Shown here: piece by piece, positions 37,201-49,125 of the stretch
Position numbering within the stretch: position 1 is the stretch's first letter
Layout of the letters: each line of letters begins with the position of its first letter
Source of the DNA: Phoronis australis
Lineage: Eukaryota > Animalia > Phoronida
Direction of reading: 5' to 3'
Length of the DNA: 64,000 bases
NCBI GenBank assembly: GCA_002633005.1
Contig: NMRA01000204.1
Location: 447,892 to 511,891, forward strand
Made by a program: the position numbers and the translations under genes
The notes under the pieces: generated by a model
What the model saw: the letters and a program-made list of their open reading frames with translations, nothing else
Databases searched by the model: none
What the model was told of the DNA's origin: nothing

Positions 37201-39968
37201 TAACGAGCTTGCGACGCACGTATCATTTATCTATTATCCGGGACATATGTCGATCATAAAATCTCAGTGGTGACTGCTTGGTTCCAGCTATACGTAGGTT
37301 TTTTGTCGATGAACAAACATATGTAACTTTCACACGTATGAAGCTGGTATTAACCCGCATCCAACCAAAAAACAAACTTGCTTTAGACAACTTACAGCTG
37401 TCACAAGTTGATATTTCATTGTTTACAGTAGTAAATGGTCTCAAAGCGTTAGTTTCTTTTTGTGATGGAAGATGTTATTGCTGCTTTAATTTTAGCAATT
37501 TTTAACCGACCTCGATTTTCACGTGAACTCATTTCCTGACCTTGCAAAGAAATGAATGAGAACCACTTCGGGATACTCGACTTCGAGTGTGAAGTGTAAA
37601 GAAGAGAGAAGTATAACATTACTGTTTCAAAGTTATGACATTTGGAATAAGCGATCTTATTGCTATGTAGTCATTTCCTTTCTTCATGAAGTGATGTCGT
37701 CACTAAGCAGAATTTAGCTATTGTATTACTGCCTAGAAACGCGTTCCAGAATGTTCTTGTTCGTATTCTGGAAACGCGCGTCTAGAGGAAATGTGTGACC
37801 AAAAATGTTTGTGGTACCAGGCGTTTTCTGATACGTTGGGTCGAGAGCTAAATCCTGGTACCCTGCCAATAGTTGCCACCCTGAAGGGTAAATTAAATCG
37901 AAAATTCCCATACTACGTTAAACATGTTTGATTTCGAGTGAATTATAGTTTTCAATTGATATGTAGCATGATGTGAACAGTTCTAAAATTTAACTCGGTG
38001 ATAGAACACAAGTATCCAAGGTTCTGTTGACTGGTTTTTGAATGGTCTCACAGAGATAAGACTTTTCCAGGAATACCCTATTTCTTGGGCATTTCCCCAC
38101 CTGTGTGGTCCAGACCATAGAACTCTAGGACCGGCACGCCAACTCTTGCGCCTGACCCAAGCTTTCTAGTGTTAGAACTTGCGATCCACGAGATTTCACA
38201 GGGCTGGCCACAAGACTTCGCACTGTGAATTTCTGATTGTCTGTTCTACTGAGATGTGATTGAGAATTGTACTTATCAAATCAAACCTAATTTCATTACT
38301 TCATTCTAATTTGGTCATTTTTATTTTAGGTTTAACTGATGCCTTATGAACACTAGTTATTAGACAGTTTCCCAGGAAAATGAATACCGACTTTCACTCC
38401 CATTACCATGTAGACATTCCCGTCTCCCACTTTTCATTTCAAACTCGAATAGCCTTGACTAACGTTCTTTCAGTTGCTTCCAATGAAGAAAGTAAACTAT
38501 GTCGACGCAAACGAATTTTCACTTTATCTTTTATAAATAATGATTTTAGTAACCAAATGTTACATTCAACATTACAAATGAAATGAAAACATTAATTTAA
38601 ATTCATTGTTTATACAAAACGAGGTCTACAGGTCGGTCAGTGTTTCTCATGAATCACTTGCCGTTCACTCACTAATGGGAGGCATTAAAAAGTACCCTGA
38701 CTGAAAAAAGCACTATTTCAAAGCTCTAGCCTATTAGTTTGTGGAATTTAACCGCAAGAGCGTTAGTATAATCATGAATGCCGATTTTAAAGCCCAAAAT
38801 AATGATAATCATGACAAAACTACCTATTTTAATGTCCAAAATTCTATATGGTACAATACGGCCGGACTACAACTGTATGACATCTTACTGTCTAATGACT
38901 GCATACAGCTAACGCGCATCACCAACACTACTCAATCATGTATTGATCTCTGCATTACAAAGAATTTGAGTATCATTGAATCATGTTCTGTACTACCTCC
39001 TGCTGACAATTCTGATCACCACACAGTCGTAACCACTCTAACACTTAATAAATATGTTAAAAAACAAAAGACACCACACGAACCATATGGCAGTATGATC
39101 AAGTGGACACTGATAAACTACGTGAGGATATCATCTCCACTAACTGGGATTCCATACTGGACACCGGCGACATTGATGACACTGTTTCACTCTTTATGAA
39201 ATTTTAAAAAACAACATCCCGTCAACTAAAAAGGTTATTGAACAAAACAGCCAACCATGGTTCAACAATAATATTAAACGGGCAATATGCACAAAAATGG
39301 GCTTTACAGCTCTTTCAGAAGATCAAACAACAATCTGTCTGTATACAAGGAGCGCTGACAAATCAAGCCAAAACTGATCACCGCCACAAACTTTTTTCAC
39401 AAATTAACAGTGTAATCAAGAACTCTAAAGAATACTGGAATATTATCAATCAAGAAAACACGCAGCAGTCAACATCAATTATCCTACAAAGCCATCAATC
39501 ATAATGGTATCCTAGCCTCAAGTAGCAGTGACAAATGTGACCTGTTTTACAAAATTTTCACAAACAAAAGCTTTCCTTTTCTTCGTGAACGTTGTCACAA
39601 TCAAGTGTCTGACATCCTGGCTAATCAAACTGAAATCCGGGAGTTTCTCAATGAAACTGATCCCAATAAGAATGATGGAACAGCTTTTATCACCAGCAGG
39701 TTGATCAAAATGGTTACCAACAAAATTACCATGCCTTTAACCAATCTATTTAACAAACCCCTTCAGCTAGGTAAGTATCCGTCTTCTTGAAAACATGGAA
39801 TTACAGTCCCTATACACAAATAGACTCCAAAACTGAAATTTCAAATTATCTCTCAATAACCTTACTTAGCACCTTATCCAAAATCTTCGAGAAGATCGTT
39901 GCTCAAAATATTCTTACATTTCTCAAACAAAACAACTTGATTTATTATTGCCAATTTGTTTCTTTTTT

Positions 39969-40496
39969 NNNNNNNNNNNNNNNNNNNNNNNNNNNNNNNN
40001 NNNNNNNNNNNNNNNNNNNNNNNNNNNNNNNNNNNNNNNNNNNNNNNNNNNNNNNNNNNNNNNNNNNNNNNNNNNNNNNNNNNNNNNNNNNNNNNNNNNN
40101 NNNNNNNNNNNNNNNNNNNNNNNNNNNNNNNNNNNNNNNNNNNNNNNNNNNNNNNNNNNNNNNNNNNNNNNNNNNNNNNNNNNNNNNNNNNNNNNNNNNN
40201 NNNNNNNNNNNNNNNNNNNNNNNNNNNNNNNNNNNNNNNNNNNNNNNNNNNNNNNNNNNNNNNNNNNNNNNNNNNNNNNNNNNNNNNNNNNNNNNNNNNN
40301 NNNNNNNNNNNNNNNNNNNNNNNNNNNNNNNNNNNNNNNNNNNNNNNNNNNNNNNNNNNNNNNNNNNNNNNNNNNNNNNNNNNNNNNNNNNNNNNNNNNN
40401 NNNNNNNNNNNNNNNNNNNNNNNNNNNNNNNNNNNNNNNNNNNNNNNNNNNNNNNNNNNNNNNNNNNNNNNNNNNNNNNNNNNNNNNNNNNNNNNN
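39969..40496. other. Assembly gap (N run)
   Basis: Run of N. Confidence 1.
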
Positions 40497-40787
40497 GACT
40501 CCACCGACCGACCTGTGCCGTCAACGTCTGTTGCTGCCGATCAACCTTCTAAAGTTACTCGTTCTGGCCGCGTTTCGCGCTTGCCTGTGCGTTTTCGTGA
40601 TTCTCCACCCACTTCGGATTTGCCTTAGTCCTCCGCTTGGAGGGGGGTACTGTGGTGCCACCTATCAGTTATAACGATTTGTTAAATCACTGTAGTTTAG
40701 TCTCATTTTTGTCAATATACCAACATCAAGTGTCTGCTTCAATATAGTATTTTATTCACTTATAATTGTGTGTTTCTGATTCCTACA
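40497..40787 (+). mobile_element. 3' end of a Gypsy-type LTR retrotransposon: integrase tail, PPT and 137-bp LTR (40651-40787)
   Basis: TRSGRVSRLPVRFRD integrase-tail motif and stop, then purine tract ggagggggg and TGTGG...CTACA. The LINE RT frame resumes immediately after. Confidence 0.7.
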
Positions 40788-43700
40788 GGTTTATATTAAT
40801 GAATTTCCTGATAACCAGTCATGTAGTCCATACCTTCATGCAGATGTCACGGAGCTTTTTTACCCCTTCGCAGGGAGCAGCCCTGAGAATTTTTTGCAGC
40901 TTCAACACGACTCGAATAAACTCAGCTATTGGTCACAGGAATGGAGAATGGATTTTAAACCAGAAAAAACGTTGACCTCACCTTCTTTTCCTTGTTGACC
41001 CGTCTTATGACCTTAAACTTAATAATGAAATCATTCCTAGAAAACAGTCGCACAGACATATTGGTGTACTGTTCGATGAAAAACTCTCGTTCACACTTTA
41101 CAATCGGGAGCTAGTACAAAGAACTCAGAAACTAATTTGTCCACTTAAGCATGTGTTTCATCATCTAAATTCTATACATTTAGAAGTCCTGTTCAAATCC
41201 TTCATACTTCCACATGTCGATTACTGTGATATTATATATCAGTCTGTCATCGCTGGTGCATTTCAACATTTGGAGAAATTACAGTATCATTCTGTCTTAT
41301 TCATAACTGGAGCTCACAGGGGATTCAATAGCGTTAAGGTTTTGAATAGTCTCAAATGCCCACATTTACTTTCAAAGTAAGAAACAATGTCAACAACGCC
41401 TATATACTAGACAAGGCCATAGTACTGGTTTGAGATACTCCGCCCCATATGCAATCCCTCCGCCGTTCAGTCAGGCATACAGAAGGTCTACAGTTATGAT
41501 GTGCATCAACAACTGGAATTCTCTTCCAGTGTCTGTTAAGGAAAGCAACTGTTTTTCATAATTTTGACAACTCAATAGCCTCGCTTCCCCGCAAAAATGA
41601 AATGGCATTGTACCGATCAAGATGCAGTCTTTTTCTCAACTCTGACATGTTCAGGCACAACTTTAGTAATGCCTCTCCAAACTGTAAACGTGGTGACCAT
41701 CAATCTTATCTTTATGTGTTCTTCAAATGTCCCCTCATCGAAAACCCTAGAGACTCACTCTTTCTAACACTTAATGAAAACCAGTTAACTGTAAAACTTA
41801 CATTATTTTTAAATAGTAGTCCAAACTTTGACCTTGTTCTCTTAAGGAATGTAAGCAAATTTTTATGTTTCGCTTAGAAAGCTTGTTGCTTCTGATTTCC
41901 ATATCTGTGCTTGTTTTTGTTTTTATATGTTTATCTTAGGACATCTAAACATTTGAATACGTATATTAGATACATAATAATTACATGTATATAGTTCTAT
42001 GTATACTACTTTCATCTTTAACTTGTCAAAAACCCAGATATAATGCTTCGCTATTTCTGAATTTTTCATTATTTCTTTATATGTTCTGTGTATTCGTGAA
42101 TAAATATATATCACCTTTACCTTTACCCAGGGTGATGACATTATTTGTATGCCAGGGCACAGACAGTGTTGTTTTTCAGTGGAACTATTTATGGATATGT
42201 AGGCGTATCTTTGACAAATATGAGTCGATTTTGATGAAAAACATACCTTGGTGGTCGACGTAAGAGAAAAATGCAACAGTTGAAATAATCGGATGCTCAG
42301 TCACATTCCACTCACAGACTGCCAGAAAGCTTATCACTGCGGTAAATCAAACGAGATGTTAACGTAAACAACCTGCTGCACACTTGTGAAGTGGACGTCC
42401 GCAGTAATCTATCCCAACTTACGGACGCTGGATTTCAGACACTGAGCGGAATGCGCGGCGTTCTAGTGGGAAGTTCTGTCAATATCTGTTTCTGTTGGTT
42501 GATTGTCGCCGTTTAAAGATCCACAATTCTTTCTTGATGTACGATGTATGTCCATACATTTTGATTTGTTCAGTACTTTACATCGTCACATGAGTTTATT
42601 CCGATTTAAAAAGAAGGAAAAAAAAACAGAATGCTTGTAGTTATAAACGCTGTTACAGTAAGGAATGAAATTTACAGAAGCACCTTTTTGCTCAAGCCCA
42701 ATGGATGGAAGGTACAGATGCCGACATAATACTTATCAGGTAATTATTTGACAGACATCACTATCAACAGTTTCAAAAATGCCATTATACATATTTGAAA
42801 AAGACCAAGGTCATTGGATTTAATTTTATCCTCCTGCATTTTTATGCGCTCACATATCTATATGTTTGCTGTCATCTGTCTGGGCGTCCGAAGTCCGGCA
42901 TCCGCAGCTGTGTCTCCTAAGCCCCTCACAGGATTTTGAAGAGATTTGGCAGATGTGTTCCTATGAAACTCACAATGTATGACGAGTAATTTCGGATCTC
43001 TCCTAGTACCAGTGTGTCCCCTAGTGGCAATTTAATTTTTTACGCTTACCTCTGTATCTTCTAAGGTCATAAAATTCGGTAGTTAGGCATCTATTAGTGA
43101 GATGATGCTATCCTACCGTTTTCGGACGGATTCGAGGTATTTTGGGCTACCTTTTGGCCATTTTCACTGCTTTTGAGTCTGTTTTTGACGTTCTCCATTT
43201 TACCAACCAAACCGCTCTAGGGATGATATTGAAAATTGGCATATATGTTCTTAATGTGACGAGGGATGCTGACGATTTTTCTCCGACGACTTCGACTACT
43301 GTGGCGCCTCATAGTCACCAGTTTTGTTTGTCTTTGAATCCTTAGCTTCAACAGGGTTGTGGGCATCCTATCGTGGGTTGCATTTACACTCTCTGCTTGA
43401 TGACTGTCTTCCCGCTGTCAACTGTGTGTCACAGCTTATTTTGCTAAATATATGTTCATTCCACTTATTGCCTGATGATGAGACATGTAGTATCGCGATA
43501 TAACTAGTGTTTTAACATGTTTGTTAAATATCTCTCAGTGTTTTGCTACATAGCTGCACCTGAAGAAAGTAGATTGTTTCGAAAACTACGACAGACTCTG
43601 TATCATGCTTTCAAACGAAGAGATTAGTCGTGTTTTCAACGAAGTTTGTGTTAACGAAGAGCTGCTATCGAAATATTCTCATTTATTTCAAACAAAATTA

Positions 43701-44448
43701 AGAACACACCCCCTATCGGGATTTACGAATAACACGAGTCACAATTGATAGACTCCAGAAGGTCCTTCATCAAGAACTAGGACTATACTCCCAGATCAAG
43801 AAACACAACTGACCTACACAAAGGCGCCATATCTTTGGCCTCTTACCTGCCCACTACACTTACTGCATCGTTCCATAAAATGGCTATTACCGCTTTAGAA
43901 AATCTCCCATTCGATAAAGCCGTCAGTTTTGGGCGGGGAAGGGCAGCTGGTTTGTTATTGCTAGAGACCATGCTCCACGCCAAAAGAGGTCGCCCGCCGT
44001 GACAAGCAATTTGTTGGGGCTAGTTTACAGGGATACAAAACTATCAATTCTTTTGAAGCCCGGGAGTTTATTCTGACGGAGGACAGTCTAAAACAAGTTC
44101 ACAACTGGAAGTCAGTTATCTAAGTCCTACCGAGGATTTCGAAAAAAAAACGCTCATTGATGCTTTTTGATTAAGGGAGCTTTATCTGAAATCTCGGGTA
44201 ATTTTGATTCCTGTCCGAATGCGAAATCGAAGCACTTCTCATTGTATCATTTGGTTGTTAGCCTACGGTCTTGACCATTCAGTACATTTTTACAGTGAAA
44301 CATCGTTATGTGGTGTTGAGATCAAAATGAAAGACAATAAATGTGTTCAGAGATATTTATATTTTCTTTGAAATGGGTGAGACATTTCCATTACATATCA
44401 GTCCTTTAAGACATTTAAGAGTGTTTCATAAAGATTACTAAAACGACT

Positions 44449-45365
44449 TCATTTCATATCTTCATGGAGTGCTCTTTGAGCGTCGCGTTCAAAACTGGCT
44501 GCGTTCCCTTCACTGTCCAATGACGACTTTTGGAAGGAGGATCTTTCACGCCTGACTTCGTGTAAGGAAGCTCCAAGTCGAAAGTGTGCTTCCGATACGC
44601 TGAAAAAACAGCAACAAACCCAATGGCTTTGAAAAACAGTGCTGAGTAAATATTTCTTTCGTTACAGTGTTTCGGTGGGTCAATATTGACAGGGGTATAC
44701 CCAGAGCCTAAGAGCTGAATACAGAAACAAAATTTAATGAGTATACCCAAAATGATTTGGGGTGTACCCAGAGAACTTCAAATTAAGTCACATTTTCCAT
44801 ATCAGAAAAACGTGCCACGTTTATGTCGTGCCATACCAAATAAAGAGATGTGCTTTACCATAAGGGAGAAAAGTCGACAAAGTGACAAGCACTTGAAAGA
44901 TGTTTTTTTCTTGAAATTTGAAACTAAGAGAAAAATGCTTTGACATCAACAAAAATTCAAAATGTTTACAAGCAAACAGTAAAAATACATGATGCGCAGG
45001 TTCGATTCAGTAGCAGAGAACCACTCTAGATAATGGAATTTAATATATTTTTTGGGTCCATACCTCTTTAATGAGTCCAGTCACGAGCTCGTAATAGTCG
45101 GTGGACTGGGTTTGTTAAGTCCGTGAACTGTTCGTGGCTTATCTACGAGTTACATTTCTGGCACCAGATTATGCTCTCGTTGCTTTGGGGGTCTGAATGA
45201 AATATGTTAACAAATTTTCACATCATAGCTTGATATGAAATATGTAACCCTATTTTGGAAATTTTGACGTGACATTAAGAAATGAGACACGAATACTCAC
45301 CTAACGTAGAGCACCAAGCATGCAACGATGGTCAGTAAGGCGATGATATTGGTCGGCTTTGCCAT
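44449..45365 (-). CDS. Putative secreted prepropeptide C, 71 aa (coding exons 45301-45365, 44449-44599): MAKPTNIIALLTIVACLVLYVSVSEA-HFRLGASLHEV-RR-ERSSFQKSSLDSEGNAASFERDAQRALHEDMK
   Basis: TATA-like tatataa at ~45490; non-coding donor gtaaga at 45442; acceptor ttattttag at 45388; acaATG. Donor AG|gtgagt and acceptor gttttttcag in phase 2; open frame to TGA. Confidence 0.72.
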
Positions 45366-46032
45366 TGTTTGAGTCTATCGAGGGTGTCTAAAATAATCAT
45401 AACATGACTATCTTATTAAGATGGTTTGGCAACTGTTCTTACGTGTTTGCAGATGTAAAACTTCAATCGAGACTACTTGCTGAGATCATATTATATAAAG
45501 CTATGTCGGTGGTTCGAAAAGGGCAACTTGCAAATATTGTAAGATGATTGTAACAATGAAGCAGTATATTTCAAAAACGACCTAATGAGCTTCATTCTGA
45601 TCACAGCATAACTATGGAATTCAAGAAATACTGATTTGCCTTATACGACGAGTCGAGTTTTGTGACTCGTCGCAATTAAAAAAATTCGCTGATTGTGCAT
45701 TAAGCCAAACAAAATTTCTCGAAATGAATATCGTTTTACTGAATTAGCAGCCTCACGTTACAGCAACACACAAAGGTCATGCGTTTACGATAAGACTGTC
45801 CAGTTATACGGCAACACTTGATTCGTTAGGCATTAAATCAAAATTCCATGAGCGCTGTAGTGTTTCGACAAGATGCAGCTTTCAAGGTAACTAGAACTTT
45901 TGCAAGAAGGACTTGTTTTACTCACCAGAATTTTGACAAACACCAAGCAAGTTGTTTTAAAGATAGAAAACATCATTTTCAGCGGATTCTTTTTACGATA
46001 AATGCTTTCAGTCACCCAGTTGAGTAATCAAC

Positions 46033-46384
46033 ATGCAGAAAATTAAATCAATTACTGGACTTACGATTTGAGTTGGATACGATGCTTCAGCATCTTGTTA
46101 TTCCTCATGTGATCAAAAGCACAGTTTGCGCATGTTACTCTTTAGCGCCCTATCTTACGTTCTTAGTAACAAAAACGTCAGGCCCCCTTTTCTATTTAAA
46201 TTGGGATTCTCCACTCGTTCATATATTGCTTCCTGAATCCCTCTCCTTAGGGTGCTAAAGAGTTTCCCGCGCAAGCTGTGCTGTTGATCACATGACGAAT
46301 CGCGTGAAAACTCAGTCCTGGAGACGAAGACGCAACGTAGCCAATTCAATCCATAAGTCCAGTAATTTGTTTAATTTTCTGTAT
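46033..46384. mobile_element. MITE with ~55-bp imperfect TIRs
   Basis: cagaaaattaaatcaattactggactta vs taagtccagtaatttgtttaattttctg. Confidence 0.65.
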
Positions 46385-46498
46385 ATTCTTTTTACATTAA
46401 TACGGTCAGAAATTTAGAGAGCCTAGTCTTTCTTTGTTTAGGTAGTTTGAAGACCAGTGAATTGTAGAATTGAATTTCATTATGCTATAGAAAAGTGA

Positions 46499-46611
46499 CA
46501 TCGATAGAGATGGTAAGTCTATCGATAGAGTTAATAAGTGTATCGATAGAGATAGTAAGTCTAGGAGACAGATTTACTATGTCCACCGATAGAGACAGTA
46601 AGTATATCGAT
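46499..46611. repeat. ~21-bp minisatellite (atcgatagaga..gtaagt.t)
   Basis: About five degenerate units, seen directly. Confidence 0.7.
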
Positions 46612-46810
46612 TGGTTCTACATTACAAATAGCAAAATTAAGAGATTCAATACATACCTTGAAGAGATCTCGAATGCAGCTTTCAAATCTGTCAAATTGAT
46701 CAATTTGCGAATGAGAAACAGGTTTTATAGCTTTCAGTATAGTGGTACTCGAGCAATATCAATTAATAACGGCGACCTGACACGCACACATTTTATTACC
46801 CACACATACA

Positions 46811-46814
<4 letters not shown>

Positions 46815-46853
<39 letters not shown>
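46815..46853. repeat. (CA)n microsatellite
   Basis: Seen directly. Confidence 0.95.
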
Positions 46854-46858
<5 letters not shown>

Positions 46859-49125
46859 CACACCATAGGTGGATTCAGGCGACCCCACTCCCAAAAATAA
46901 AATGGCAAGAGCGTGAGGAAATATTGAGTTCAATAATTAATCCCGGTAATTAACATGGGACTGAGGGGGGCTGAGACCCGATTGCACTGAAGTGTTCCAT
47001 TCAGACAACCGGTGCAATTGTTTTAACGATTTTTAGTCCCTTTGATTTTAAGCAGAAGGTCCACATCCTCAGACATACGGGCCCCCATCTTTTAGGCGGG
47101 GTGCGCGCATGCAATTCTGCTTTGCGCAACTGCCCGAGACAAAATGTTGGCCCCCTTATGATATCCTAGATCCGCCACTGCACAATGACGTGAAATGTAG
47201 CAGTTTTTACATTTTACGAAATTGTTATTTTTTTACATCTTATCAGTGCCTGTTTTGGAATAAAGAGAATCAGGACGATGTCAGGACTAGGTTGCTAGTG
47301 TGGGGAAGTGAAACGGCAAGGGGTATATGTCCGCCCCAAAACTGTGTATATACTCTCACCGACAACAGAGGCAGTCACAGAGAATGTAAACAGAGCCCAT
47401 TACCAGCCAGTCATGAGGCGGAATGTCACGACCACTAGATCCAGAGGAAAATGGATAGAAGCAAGATGCCGTTAAAAATCGCTTTTACCAACTGCAATGC
47501 CGGATGGTGTCCAACTCACCCCTGATTGCATACTGGAAATGATTAGGTCTGACTGCAAAGATCAGAATCCATGTAATTCAAGTAGATGCAGTTGGGCGTC
47601 AATTGTTTGCCATCCACAATATTTTAGGCATGTTCCACTCTAGTGTGCTAACGTTCTTAGTCTTGAACTGGCATCTGAACATACTCGACAGTTTATTGCC
47701 ATGAGTAAAATAGAAACTATTTAAATTGACATATTTAATTAAGTTCATCAGTAAAAATACCGTAATAATCTACATGTTTCCCCGTAAGAAAGTAGCATTT
47801 TAAATAATGGTTGCATTTATTTGGATAAATTGAGCAAATGTACCATGCAACAACTTGCAAACTATTTTCATTGAGCTAATTGACTACTGAAACTTACGGG
47901 CAAATATCATGATAGTTTACTTGTGATGCTTGGTACTGCAGTTATAGGCACAAGTAGAGTTTTGAATATTGGGGGCCTTAATTTACATTAATTATGCAAA
48001 TTTATCATGCAACATCTTATAAACAGATTGCATTACTGATTGATCGTAAGAACATCATGATAGTTCACATGTATTGCCTGTTACCACAGCTATAAGCAGA
48101 AGAAGAACTTTGAATATTAGGGGCTTTATTTTGCATAAATTATGCAAAATCACGAAGTATCCATCAAAAAACTTGCACCATTGAATTCGCTGACCATGGA
48201 AACGTGTGAAAACGTCAAAATAATGTGCCTGCAGTGCTTGGTAAGGAAATGTCAAGCAAACAGAATTTTGCATAATGGTGGCCTTAATTGCGTATTAGAA
48301 AATGCTTGAGAACGTTCACCCCCTTAAATCATGGTCAATTAATCCTAGACTACATGAAACAGCAAAGAAAAAGCTTTATCCGGCAAATCTAGATGCAGCC
48401 CCTTAGCTCCCGGATTAGTAATCTAAATACAAATATCGTGGTCGGTGTTTTTGGAAGTCAGTCGTATCTCTTCAGATCGTAAACTGAGTGCTAGGTGCGA
48501 AACAGATGAGCTGATGTTACACAGATATGTAATCTCCAGGCTTTTGGTAATTGAGTTACACTCTATACTGTTTATTAGATAGTGACTAAAATTGGCTAGA
48601 AATTTGGTTCGGATGCAAAATAGGATATGTGTTTGGAACTGTACGTAAACGTTTTTACGGTCATGACTACTTCAGTATAATGTAGCGACAATTTATCCCA
48701 TTGGTGTTTTGATTGTAGAAAAACAACCGTATTAGCTAAATGTAGTCTACTTAAACGCTAATAGACCCGTAGCCTGTCGATCGAACCCCCGCAGAAATGG
48801 TCCAGATTCAGCCTAACCGTTAAAGATAGGATATAGATGGACAACAACAACAAAATTATTGCAGCTACTTGTGCTACTAACTACAATAATAAATAATCAT
48901 CATGACACAAATTACACTTTTATAATTGCAGTGAACTCAATAACTGTCTTTCCAAAGGATTACCAAGTTTCCATTAATTTTCAAACTTAAATTTTATAGA
49001 CTTCGTATGATATTTTCATTTTTTCCAAGATGAGTCTAAACAAGCTCCGATCTCAACAAGTGTTGATTATGTAAATGTATATTAACTGGCTGAATTGGTT
49101 ATGACTATTCGTTCTACTAATTTAA

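Larger units (their letters stand above)
38735..42110 (+). mobile_element. Degenerate LINE (APE endonuclease + RT; CR1/L2-like), interrupted by the gap and an LTR element
   Basis: Endonuclease motifs ADF, TR......IDL, SDH. RT motifs NY..I.LLS.LSKIFEKIV and VYINE.P......HADVT (40789 onward, degenerate YADD region), then F.SFILP..DYCDIIY. Many stops and frameshifts; aataaa near 42099. Confidence 0.8.

Noticed and set aside
39787-40674. Long ORFs containing X runs
   Set aside because: Artefacts of reading through the N gap.
43470-43590. Hammerhead ribozyme cores (ctgatga/ctgaaga...gaaa; also ~32440)
   Set aside because: The stem II closing pairs or the GAAA are degenerate, and no stems I/III could be built by eye.
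44454-44750. 98-aa minus-strand ORF from the track
   Set aside because: It overlaps exon 2 of peptide gene C in a different frame and includes intron sequence.
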